DNA of 44,350 nt, from the UHGV virus genome UHGV-0187309. One strand, 5' to 3'. A program made the translations under genes and the position numbers. The notes below the pieces were generated by a model. That model searched no databases. It saw only the letters and a program-made list of their open reading frames with translations, and had not been told where the DNA came from. The DNA comes from a virus. Positions 36,286 through 44,350 of this stretch are shown here, in pieces. The number at the start of each line of letters is the position of its first letter. Position 1 is the first letter of the stretch.

Positions 36286-36606
36286 ATGAACCCCTACACA
36301 CTGAGAAAGAGCCTGAACCTGATTGATGCCAACACGGCGATCACCCGCGAGGACTTCGAGAGCCTCTTCTGCAAGACTGCAGAGCGTGTCACCTTTACCT
36401 TCAACGGTTGGGACGGCAAGAGCTATGATGGCGAGAGGCGCAGCGGTTACGTTTACCGCACCATCATCGAGGGCTACGAGAATGTGAGATTCGTTAAGGT
36501 CGGCAAGGGACTGCATTACATCGATGAGGACAGCAGCATTACCGAGAAGGCTACGGGCATCGCCCACAAGGAAGCAGAGTGGCTGGTCGATGTGAAGAGA
36601 GCATAA
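36286..36606 (+). CDS. Hypothetical protein
   Basis: 106 aa; ACGGAGGATAA RBS. Confidence 0.7.
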   Translation: MNPYTLRKSLNLIDANTAITREDFESLFCKTAERVTFTFNGWDGKSYDGERRSGYVYRTIIEGYENVRFVKVGKGLHYIDEDSSITEKATGIAHKEAEWLVDVKRA

Positions 36607-36672
36607 GCAAAACAGCGGAGCCCTTCCTGCGGGGAGGGCTTACCGCAGAAAAAAACATGGAGGTTTACGAAC

Positions 36673-37056
36673 ATGAGTACGAATTCAAGAGTCGGAATTC
36701 TGCATCAGGACGGCGTCACGGAGACAATCTACTGCCATTGGGACGGCTACCCCGAACACCAGATGCCCATCCTCACCGAGCATTATAACACCGCCGAGAA
36801 GGTCAAGGCACTGCTTGCCCTTGGAGACATCAGCATCCTCGGCGAGCGCCTTGCTCCCGATGCGGATGAGCCGCACAGCTTTGAAAAGCCTGCCGATGGT
36901 GTGACGGTTGCTTACCACCGCGACCGCAAAGAGCCGATGCAGCCTGCGGTCACCCACAAGAGCGTTGTTTCCCTGATGAGCGATGACTGGGGCATTCCGT
37001 ATTACTACCTTTTCGATGAGGAAAAAGGAGCATGGCTTCCGCCGACCGAGGACTGA
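36673..37056 (+). CDS. Hypothetical protein
   Basis: 127 aa; GGAGG RBS; co-transcribed position after 36286 gene. Confidence 0.7.
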   Translation: MSTNSRVGILHQDGVTETIYCHWDGYPEHQMPILTEHYNTAEKVKALLALGDISILGERLAPDADEPHSFEKPADGVTVAYHRDRKEPMQPAVTHKSVVSLMSDDWGIPYYYLFDEEKGAWLPPTED

Positions 37057-37235
37057 TAGGTTCAGCCCTGCGGGGCTGACTTGCCCCACGTTGTCCTTTG
37101 TGCGGTTTTCCTGCGATAAGCTTGCCCCTGCGGAAAGCCGCCTCACACGGCGCGTTTGTGTGCCTCCTGTGGGCTTGGTGCTATGTATACAACAAATGGC
37201 GCAGATACGCCGATTTTGTTCTGAACATTTAGCCG

Positions 37236-37300
37236 CTTGCTATTCCGGAAAGATCATGGTAATATGCTACACAACGGAAGGGCAAACGCCCACCGAATAC
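37236..37300 (+). promoter_or_regulatory. Cassette promoter P6 (CTTGCT-18-TAATAT) plus leader hairpin
   Basis: TAATATGCTACACAACGGAAGGGCAAACGCCCACCGAATAC. Confidence 0.55.
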
Positions 37301-37321
37301 AAAACACGGAGGTAAACCACC

Positions 37322-37687
37322 ATGACAAAGAAGGAAATGAAAGCCGCAGTTGCCAAGCTGAAGATGCTGCAGAACGGCAAAGCCGCCCTTGAGGGAATGA
37401 CCGAAGCGGACTGCCTTGAGCTTTTCGGGATCAGCAGAGCGCAGGCACTTGCAAACACAAACGCCGCCCTTGCCAAAACCGAGCAGGAGATTTTCAGAGC
37501 CGAGCATCCGCTGACAGGCATCGACAAACAGCTCTTCGAGATCGCAGCAAAGCACCTGATCACGGTGCAGGAGCGCGGAGACCTTGAAGCCCGCCACTGC
37601 GACAGCGAGGACTTCATCGAGGGTTCGGTCTGGGGGCTGGAAGCCGCCCTCAAGGATGCCTACGAGGCAGGACGCAAGAGCAAGTAA
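37322..37687 (+). CDS. Hypothetical protein
   Basis: 121 aa; ACGGAGGTAAACC RBS. Confidence 0.7.
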   Translation: MTKKEMKAAVAKLKMLQNGKAALEGMTEADCLELFGISRAQALANTNAALAKTEQEIFRAEHPLTGIDKQLFEIAAKHLITVQERGDLEARHCDSEDFIEGSVWGLEAALKDAYEAGRKSK

Positions 37688-37749
37688 CCAAACGGAACAG
37701 CGCAGCCCTTCCGCAGGGAGGGGCTGCCAATCCCGAAGGAGGAAAGAAC

Positions 37750-37929
37750 ATGGATACATACGCACAGCTTGAAATGCTGACCGCAGTCATCGCAAACCTG
37801 TCGGCCACGGGAACATGGACGGAGCGAGAAGTGATGGAAACGCTGCTGGATGTCTTTGAACCGAAGGAGCTTGAACAGCTCGGCTACGGCGACTGCGTGA
37901 ACGCATACTTGGAAGAGTACGGCGGATAG
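37750..37929 (+). CDS. Small hypothetical protein (59 aa), absent from the supplied ORF track
   Basis: ATG 37750 preceded by GAAGGAGGAAAG RBS; translation MDTYAQLEMLTAVIANLSATGTWTEREVMETLLDVFEPKELEQLGYGDCVNAYLEEYGG; TAG at 37927-37929. Confidence 0.55.
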   Translation: MDTYAQLEMLTAVIANLSATGTWTEREVMETLLDVFEPKELEQLGYGDCVNAYLEEYGG

Positions 37930-38098
37930 CGACGACACACGCACCACGTTGCCTCGTGTGGGGCGGTGCCGGGGAGATGCGTACAGCTTGCCCCTGCGAA
38001 AAGCCGCCTTACACGGCGCGTTCTGGCGCGTCCTATACGATGTACAATTCCGCCCGACTTCCCGCCTCATGTTTGTCACATTTATTTTGCAGACAGAC

Positions 38099-38135
38099 GT
38101 GGACTTTTCTGCGAAAAGACGGTAATATGTGACTA
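38099..38135 (+). promoter_or_regulatory. Cassette promoter P7 (GTGGAC-18-TAATAT)
   Basis: GACGGTAATATGTGACTAC core as in P1. Confidence 0.55.
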
Positions 38136-38175
38136 CCGCAAGAGAAGCGGAATCAATCAAAAGGAGCGAATCTAC

Positions 38176-38529
38176 ATGAAAATTCTGGTATGCGAACCCG
38201 GCAAGCACCCCTACGTCAAGGACATCGAGTCGGGGCTGGAGAACCTTCAGCACGAGGTGGACGGACTGATTCAGGCCCTCTACCCATTTTCCGAAGAGGC
38301 GGCTGTTGTGTGCAACGAAGAAGGGCTGTTCCGCGATGACCTCGAATGGAACAGAACGGTCGATCCCTATGGTCCGATCAAGGGAACATTCTTCATTTGT
38401 GGGCTCGGCTTTGAAGATTTTACAGGACTGACCGATGAACAGATCGAAAAGTACACTAAGCTCTTCTGGCCTCCTGAGCTTTTCATCCCGACACCGAACG
38501 GCATGGTGGTGCTTCACATTGTGGAATGA
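38176..38529 (+). CDS. Hypothetical protein
   Basis: 117 aa from ATG 38176 (AAAAGGAGCG RBS). Confidence 0.7.
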   Translation: MKILVCEPGKHPYVKDIESGLENLQHEVDGLIQALYPFSEEAAVVCNEEGLFRDDLEWNRTVDPYGPIKGTFFICGLGFEDFTGLTDEQIEKYTKLFWPPELFIPTPNGMVVLHIVE

Positions 38530-38631
38530 CCGCAACAGGGGCAGGGCTTCGGCTCTGCTCCGCACTATTCCCCGGTCATAATGTACACAACTGAACGCCG
38601 AAAAATGCAGAAATGATCGTGATTACTCACG

Positions 38632-38695
38632 CTTGATAATGTAGGCAAGAAGAGTTATACTGTGTACAACGGAAGGGCGGAAAGCCCAGCCGAAA
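38632..38695 (+). promoter_or_regulatory. Cassette promoter P8 (CTTGAT-18-TATACT) plus leader hairpin
   Basis: TATACTGTGTACAACGGAAGGGCGGAAAGCCCAGCCGAAAA. Confidence 0.55.
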
Positions 38696-38718
38696 ACGAA
38701 AATGCGGAGGTACACACC

Positions 38719-38898
38719 ATGAAAACGAAGCAGGAACTGATCGAGAAGGCAAAGAAAGAGTGGGGCGAGACTTGGAACGAGGGCATGATCGAGTACGATG
38801 CCGAGTACAACGAGTACATCGTCTGGGTAGGCAAGCCGGACATCTACAAAGCCTTCTTCGATGCCGACACCCTCAGATGCATTGGCACGAAGTGCTGA
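38719..38898 (+). CDS. Small hypothetical protein (59 aa)
   Basis: ATG 38719 with GCGGAGGTACAC RBS. Confidence 0.6.
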   Translation: MKTKQELIEKAKKEWGETWNEGMIEYDAEYNEYIVWVGKPDIYKAFFDADTLRCIGTKC

Positions 38899-38953
38899 GA
38901 ACAACCGCCGCCCTTCGGGGCGGCACAACACCAATACTAAGGAGGACATTTAC

Positions 38954-39226
38954 ATGAGCGAGAACACAGAAAAGCGCGATGCAGCCGAAGAACTAGAACT
39001 TACCGATGCACAGGCAGACCGCAACGATGACATCTACGAGGCAGCTTTTGAATTCTGCAAGGTGCTGACCGAGAACCCCGACCTCGAATGGGACATGGCG
39101 TTCCTCGGTGAGATCGCCGACCTTGCCGCTGGCATCATGACCGAGCAGGGACACAAGGTGCGGTTCCCCAGTGTGGTCACCGAGCAGGACGGCACGCAGT
39201 ACATTGAAGAATACTACGGCGGCTGA
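38954..39226 (+). CDS. Small acidic hypothetical protein (90 aa)
   Basis: ATG 38954 with AAGGAGGACA RBS; highly acidic. Confidence 0.65.
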   Translation: MSENTEKRDAAEELELTDAQADRNDDIYEAAFEFCKVLTENPDLEWDMAFLGEIADLAAGIMTEQGHKVRFPSVVTEQDGTQYIEEYYGG

Positions 39227-39426
39227 TCGGCAAAACGGAGCAGTCCTTCTGCGGAGGGGCTGTTCCACGCCACGTTCGCTTGTGTGGGGGGCTTACGGCT
39301 TTCTGCGGATATCTTGCCCCGCGATAAAAGCCGCCCACACGGCGCATTTGTGTGCCTCCTGTGGCAAGGCATAATATGTACAACAACCGACAAAAAATCG
39401 CCTTGCACATTCTGGTAGTTTAGCCG

Positions 39427-39490
39427 CTTGATATATCTGCCGAAAAGAGTTATAGTGTGTACAACGGAACGGGAAACCGAGCCGAAAACT
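39427..39490 (+). promoter_or_regulatory. Cassette promoter P9 (CTTGAT-18-TATAGT) plus leader hairpin
   Basis: TATAGTGTGTACAACGGAACGGGAAACCGAGCCGAAAA. Confidence 0.55.
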
Positions 39491-39512
39491 ACGAAAGAAC
39501 GAGGTAAACACT

Positions 39513-39749
39513 ATGTGGCACGAAGGCACGATTCTGGCACCGACCAAGGAAGGCAAGACGGTGGTTCACTACTGGGCAAAGGTCTACGACGAGGGCAGCC
39601 AGTACGGCATCAACGAGGGCAGAATCAGTAAACTGACACTCAAGGAGAATGGCAAGGTCATCTACAACTATGACAGAGGCGAGGATGTACCCGAGCAGAA
39701 CGAGGCTGCGGAGATTGCCCTTGCGATCCTGATGTACGAGTACAAGTAA
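39513..39749 (+). CDS. Small hypothetical protein (78 aa)
   Basis: ACGAGGTAAACACT RBS. Confidence 0.65.
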   Translation: MWHEGTILAPTKEGKTVVHYWAKVYDEGSQYGINEGRISKLTLKENGKVIYNYDRGEDVPEQNEAAEIALAILMYEYK

Positions 39750-39834
39750 ATAGAACGGTCGGTAGGCGGTAGCATTAAGCCGCCCATCCAAACCAAGACG
39801 GACACACATATAAATTCAAGGTGGATATACATAG

Positions 39835-39870
39835 GAGAGGCTTGCAGCACGCAGGCCTTTTCTTTATGCA
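39835..39870 (+). terminator. Candidate terminator hairpin before the packaging genes
   Basis: AGGCTTGC-AGCAC-GCAGGCCT stem-loop followed by TTTTCTTTAT. Confidence 0.45.
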
Positions 39871-39897
39871 GATTTTTTGAGAAAAGGAGTGATGCGG

Positions 39898-40371
39898 ATG
39901 GCTCAGAGAGGCAGAAAACCGACGCCGACAGCAATCAAGGAACTGGAAGGCAATCCCGGAAAACGACCGCTGAATGATGCAGAGCCGAAGCCGGAACGCA
40001 AGGCACCGCCCTGTCCGAAGTGGCTGGAGCCCGAAGCAAAAAAGGAATGGCGCAGGCTGTCAAAGCAACTGGAGCAGATTGGTGTGCTGACCGAGGTCGA
40101 TCAGGCGGCATTCGCATCCTACTGTCAGGCATACGCACGATGGAAAGAAGCCGAGGAATTCATGACCCAGCACGGCACGATCGTAAAAACAAAATCAGGT
40201 TACTGGCAGCAGGTTCCGCAGGTATCCATTGCGCAAACTTATCTGAAGATCATGAACAAGATCGCAGAGCAGTTTGGCCTGACCCCGGCGGCAAGAAGCC
40301 GTATCACTGCCGGCGCAGATATGAAAAACGCTGCCGTTGACGATATGGATGAACTTCTCGGAGGTGGCTGA
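39898..40371 (+). CDS. Terminase small subunit (P27-family-like)
   Basis: MAQRGRKPTPTAIKELEGNPGKRP N-terminus and FGLTPAARSRI near the C-terminus; immediately upstream of and overlapping terminase large subunit. Confidence 0.8.
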   Translation: MAQRGRKPTPTAIKELEGNPGKRPLNDAEPKPERKAPPCPKWLEPEAKKEWRRLSKQLEQIGVLTEVDQAAFASYCQAYARWKEAEEFMTQHGTIVKTKSGYWQQVPQVSIAQTYLKIMNKIAEQFGLTPAARSRITAGADMKNAAVDDMDELLGGG

Positions 40372-43037
40372 TGGCGAGAACGGCAAAGGCAAGAGAAAGA
40401 CCTGCCAACTATCCGAAACTGAAGGATTATAAACCGACACGCTTTATGCTGCCGGAATCGCACTACGATGCGGCAAAGGCTGACCGAGCTGTGCGGTTCA
40501 TCGAGAATCTCTGCCATACCAAAGGACGCTGGGCAGGCAAACCGTTCTGGCTGCTTCCGTGGCAGGAACAGATCATCCGGGATATTTTCGGCATCGTCAA
40601 AGAGGACGATATGCGGCAATTTCGTACCGCCTATGTCGAAATTCCAAAGAAAAATGGGAAGCAGCTTGCACTGGATACACCGATCCCGACTCCGCAGGGA
40701 TTCACCAATATGGGAGATCTGAAGGTCGGAGATACAGTATTCGATGAAAACGGCATTCCGTGCCATGTGGTTGCGAAAAGTCCTGTGGATGATACAGAGC
40801 AAGCCTACAAGCTGACCTTCAAGGACGGCACCTCGATCATTGCCGGGGAAAGGCATCTGTGGAACTGTCAGTATATTTACGGCAAACGCAAGGATGTTCT
40901 CTGGACGACCGGCGAGATCTATCGCAGGACAACGGAATACAGACAGCGTTTTTCCGACAGACCACAGACAAAGCGGGATTCCCTTATCCGAATTCCGGTG
41001 TGCGGTGTCCTTCAGACAGAAGCGGCAGTTTTACCGATTGATCCGTATCTGTACGGCTACTGGCTCGGAAACGGTAATGTGACCATGCCGGAGATCACTG
41101 TTCGGACGGAGGATGTCGAGGATATCATCTCGAATATTCCGTATAAGGTACACAACCGTTATCCGCAGAAATGCGGCGGCAGTGAGATCATAAAGTACAA
41201 TGAACTGAAAGCAGTACTACTTGACAGCTTCCGTGAAAAGAAGATCCGACCAGAATATCTGAGGGCATCCGCAGAGCAGAGATGGGCATTACTGCAAGGG
41301 CTTATGGATTCGGACGGCTGTATCGGCGAACGCAAAGGGCAAAGTGTGTATGTCACAACGCTGCGAGAGCTGGCGCTTTCCGTCAGAGAACTGCTGTGGT
41401 CACTCGGCATCAAAAATGCAGTGAAATGTGAGCCTTCTACACGGCATGGGTGGCCGACCGGCGAGATTTTGTATATCGTCCGTTTTACAACCTTTGATGG
41501 CCAACCGACATCAAGGCTTAAACGCAAAAATACACGCACACAGGCGCGGTTAAAGGAAACTCGCTCCTGTTTTCATTATCTGCTGGATATTCAACCTGTA
41601 AATCATCCTGTAAAAATGCAGTGCATTCAGGTGGACAGTCCGAGTCACCAATATCTCGCAGGACCGTCATTTGTGCCTACGCACAACAGTGAGCTTGCAG
41701 CGGCAATTGCACTGTATCTGCTCTACGCCGACAACGAGCCGTCTGCTGAGGTCTACGGCGCTGCTGCTGATCGTGGGCAGGCATCCATTGTATTCGATGT
41801 CGCCAAAAGAATGGTTGAGATGACACCGGCACTTCTGAAACGCTCAAAAATCATGGCGGCGACAAAGCGTCTGGTGAATTACAGTAATGTTGGCTTTTAT
41901 CAGGTGCTTTCAGCGGAAGTCGGTACAAAGCACGGATTGAATGTATCCGGTCTGGTTTTGGATGAACTTCATGCCCAACCGAACCGCAGCCTTGTGGATG
42001 TTCTCACAAAGGGTTCCGGTGATGCCCGTACTCAGCCGCTGTACTTCCTGATCACAACCGCCGGAACGGATCGCAACAGCATCTGCTACGAGTATCACAC
42101 GAAAGCAAAAGATATTCTGGACGGCAGGCGCATTGATCCGTCCTTCTATCCTGTGATCTACGGCTTGAACGATGATGACGACTGGAACGCAGAGGAGTCA
42201 TGGTATAAGGCAAATCCCTCGCTCGGATACACTATCGCCATCGACCGAGTCCGCGATGCTCACCGGGAAGCCCTTACAAATCCCGCTGAAGAAAATGTAT
42301 TCCGTCAGCTGAGGCTTGACCAGTGGGTAGGCAGTGCGGTGGCATGGATTCCGGAGCATATCTACGACAGGGGCAATCTTCCGATCGACCTCGAAAAGCT
42401 CCGGGGACGGGAGTGCTACGCAGGTCTTGACCTATCCAGCACATCGGATATCACGGCATTTGTGCTGGTGTTCCCTCCGCTGCATGACGGCGAGAAATAC
42501 ATCGTTGTCCCGCACTTCTGGCTGCCGAGAGAAACGCTCGATTTGCGAGTACGGCGAGACCATGTTCCCTACGATGTATGGGAGCGCATGGGATTATTTC
42601 ATATCACCGAGGGCAATGTGGTCGATTACAATTTCGTGCGGAAAACGATCAACGAGCTGCACACGATGTACAACATCAAGGAAATTGCTGCCGACCGCTG
42701 GAATGCCACACAGCTTATCACAGACCTTGAGGGAGACGGATTTACCGTTGTTCCGATGGGTATGGGCTTCAAGGATATGTCCCCGCCGATGAAGGAACTG
42801 TACAAGCTCATACTCGAGGGGCAGTTTATCCACGGCGGCAACCCTGTACTCCGCTGGATGGCAGGAAATGTGGTCGCTGAAATTGATGCAGCGGAGAACA
42901 TCAAACCAAGTAAAAAGAAAAGTACAGAAAAGATTGACGGTATCGTGGCATGGATCATGGCACTTGACCGCTGCATCCGCCACGAAATGCAGGGCAGTGT
43001 CTATGACGAACCCGGCCACGATCTTGTGGTCATCTGA
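40371..43037 (+). CDS. Terminase large subunit interrupted by an intein in the Walker A P-loop
   Basis: N-extein ends YVEIPKKNGK and C-extein resumes SELAAAIALYLLYADNEPSAEVYGAA, together restoring PKKNGKS; downstream VLDELH Walker B and nuclease domain. Confidence 0.9.
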   Translation: MARTAKARERPANYPKLKDYKPTRFMLPESHYDAAKADRAVRFIENLCHTKGRWAGKPFWLLPWQEQIIRDIFGIVKEDDMRQFRTAYVEIPKKNGKQLALDTPIPTPQGFTNMGDLKVGDTVFDENGIPCHVVAKSPVDDTEQAYKLTFKDGTSIIAGERHLWNCQYIYGKRKDVLWTTGEIYRRTTEYRQRFSDRPQTKRDSLIRIPVCGVLQTEAAVLPIDPYLYGYWLGNGNVTMPEITVRTEDVEDIISNIPYKVHNRYPQKCGGSEIIKYNELKAVLLDSFREKKIRPEYLRASAEQRWALLQGLMDSDGCIGERKGQSVYVTTLRELALSVRELLWSLGIKNAVKCEPSTRHGWPTGEILYIVRFTTFDGQPTSRLKRKNTRTQARLKETRSCFHYLLDIQPVNHPVKMQCIQVDSPSHQYLAGPSFVPTHNSELAAAIALYLLYADNEPSAEVYGAAADRGQASIVFDVAKRMVEMTPALLKRSKIMAATKRLVNYSNVGFYQVLSAEVGTKHGLNVSGLVLDELHAQPNRSLVDVLTKGSGDARTQPLYFLITTAGTDRNSICYEYHTKAKDILDGRRIDPSFYPVIYGLNDDDDWNAEESWYKANPSLGYTIAIDRVRDAHREALTNPAEENVFRQLRLDQWVGSAVAWIPEHIYDRGNLPIDLEKLRGRECYAGLDLSSTSDITAFVLVFPPLHDGEKYIVVPHFWLPRETLDLRVRRDHVPYDVWERMGLFHITEGNVVDYNFVRKTINELHTMYNIKEIAADRWNATQLITDLEGDGFTVVPMGMGFKDMSPPMKELYKLILEGQFIHGGNPVLRWMAGNVVAEIDAAENIKPSKKKSTEKIDGIVAWIMALDRCIRHEMQGSVYDEPGHDLVVI
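40662..41687 (+). mobile_element. Intein (about 342 aa) with LAGLIDADG-like homing endonuclease region, class-3-like features
   Basis: Begins QLALDTPI (block A-like, Gln not Cys/Ser at position 1), block B GTSIIAGERHLW, LAGLIDADG-like LLQGLMDSDGCIGE, block F/G MQCIQVDSPSHQYLAGPSFVPTHN then Ser. Confidence 0.65.
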
Positions 43038-43052
43038 CAGGAGGTAATGTTT

Positions 43053-44350
43053 ATGAGCTTTTTAAGCTGGCTCGGCATCAGCAAGCCGAGAGATGCGCCG
43101 ATGCTGCCTGATATTCAGGACAATGTCCGTGATTCTGGAAATCTGTTCGTATTCGGCATGACGCACAGCGGTGAACGTGTCGATGAGCGCACGGCGATGC
43201 AGATCGTGACTGTTTACGCCTGTGTTCGACTGCTCTCCAACACCATCGCAGGACTGCCGCTGCACCTATACAGATACACCGGCAAAGGCGATGATAAGGA
43301 ATTAGCCATTGACCATCCGCTGTACAAAATACTCTATCGGCAGCCGAATCCCGAAATGAGTTCATTCTCGTTCTGGGAAGCACTGATGTGCCACCTTTTA
43401 CTATGGGGCAACGCCTATGCACAGATTGTCCGGGACGGCAAAAACGGCATCCTCGGTCTCTATCCCCTGCTTCCCGAAAATGTCGAGATCGACCGTGATC
43501 CGAAATCCGGCGACCTGATCTACACTTACCACGCCTACACCGACGAAAAGCCCGGTGAGCATGACAAGGATATTATCTTCCGCAGGGATGAAATCTTACA
43601 CATCCCCGGTCTGGGATTCAATGGACTGGTCGGTTTCTCACCGATAGCGATGATGAAAAATGCACTCGGTGCGGTCATGGCAGTAGAGCGATACGGCAGC
43701 GCCTTCTTCAAAAACGGAGCGCAGCCTGCCGGAGTTCTCGAACATCCGGGCGTGCTGAAGGATCCGCAGAAGATCCGCGACAACTGGACAAAGGCATACG
43801 GCGGCGCACGGAACGCACACCGCATCGCAGTCCTCGAAGAAGGTATGCAGTATAAGCCAATCTCCCTGCCGCCGGAGGATTCGCAGTTTCTGTCCACAAG
43901 AGAATTCGATGTGGAGGAAATCTGCCGGATGTTTCAGGTTCCGCCGCATCTGGTACAAGACCTCAAACGCAGTACCTTCAATAACATCGAGCATCAGGGT
44001 ATTGCATTTGTGCAGTATTCTCTTATGCCGTGGATCATTCGCATCGAAAAGGGCATCATGAAAGACCTTCTTCTGGAGGAAGAACAGAATGTATATTTCC
44101 CGAAATTCAATGTGGACGGTCTGATGCGCGGCGACTACCAGAGCCGAATGAACGCCTACGCTATCGGTGTCGGCAACGGCTTTATGTCGCCCAATGATGT
44201 GCGCCGTCTTGAAAATATGGACTTGATCCCTGACGATCAGGGCGGCAACGACTACTACCTGAACGGCTCGTATAACAAGCTGGAGGATGCAGGTGCGGCA
44301 TATGCTCTGAATCAGCCGCAGGAACAGCCGGATACCGAGGAACAGGATGA
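43053..44350 (+). CDS. Portal protein (HK97-family-like); 3' end beyond window
   Basis: ATG 43053 with ACAGGAGGTAA RBS; open to the end of the window; position right after terminase large subunit. Confidence 0.8.
   Translation, partial: MSFLSWLGISKPRDAPMLPDIQDNVRDSGNLFVFGMTHSGERVDERTAMQIVTVYACVRLLSNTIAGLPLHLYRYTGKGDDKELAIDHPLYKILYRQPNPEMSSFSFWEALMCHLLLWGNAYAQIVRDGKNGILGLYPLLPENVEIDRDPKSGDLIYTYHAYTDEKPGEHDKDIIFRRDEILHIPGLGFNGLVGFSPIAMMKNALGAVMAVERYGSAFFKNGAQPAGVLEHPGVLKDPQKIRDNWTKAYGGARNAHRIAVLEEGMQYKPISLPPEDSQFLSTREFDVEEICRMFQVPPHLVQDLKRSTFNNIEHQGIAFVQYSLMPWIIRIEKGIMKDLLLEEEQNVYFPKFNVDGLMRGDYQSRMNAYAIGVGNGFMSPNDVRRLENMDLIPDDQGGNDYYLNGSYNKLEDAGAAYALNQPQEQPDTEEQD

Noticed and set aside
31992-39512. 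Possibility that the repeated units are a CRISPR array
   Set aside because: Repeats are promoter-like (-35/-10 plus RBS), spaced 500-1100 bp apart by protein-coding genes, not short regularly spaced repeats with ~30 bp spacers; no cas genes.
1-44350. Integrase or attachment site marking a prophage boundary
   Set aside because: No tyrosine or serine recombinase signature in any frame; boundary presumably lies outside the window, so integration state cannot be asserted.

Overview
This 44.35 kb window reads as a contiguous tailed-phage or prophage genome segment; all calls are from reading the sequence and ORF translations by eye, with no database searches run. Left to right: minus-strand cargo (partial GHKL-type ATPase, an HExxH protein, an SRAP/YedK-like protein, thymidine kinase), then a CI/LexA-like repressor with back-to-back divergent promoters and a palindromic operator. 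Next come a 642-aa ImmA/IrrE-like HExxH plus HTH protein and a sigma-70 region-4-like regulator, then a replication module (DUF2800-like nuclease, DUF2815-like protein, family A DNA polymerase interrupted by an intein, VRR-NUC, HNH, SNF2 helicase, a MazF/PemK-like protein, primase-helicase). This is followed by a DNA-modification and nucleotide block: metK, HNH, nrdD/nrdG, a ParB-like-domain methyltransferase, a second amino-methyltransferase and a very long cytosine-5 methyltransferase with a repetitive variable region. Then an RHH/SLOG divergent pair, and an ~8 kb array of small genes each behind a near-identical promoter and leader hairpin, including an amidoligase-like plus gamma-glutamyl-cyclotransferase-like pair. 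The window ends with terminase small subunit, a terminase large subunit whose P-loop carries a class-3-like intein, and the start of the portal gene. No rRNA, tRNA, CRISPR array or integrase was found. The most likely location of an undescribed system is the repeated promoter-cassette array at about 31.9-39.8 kb.
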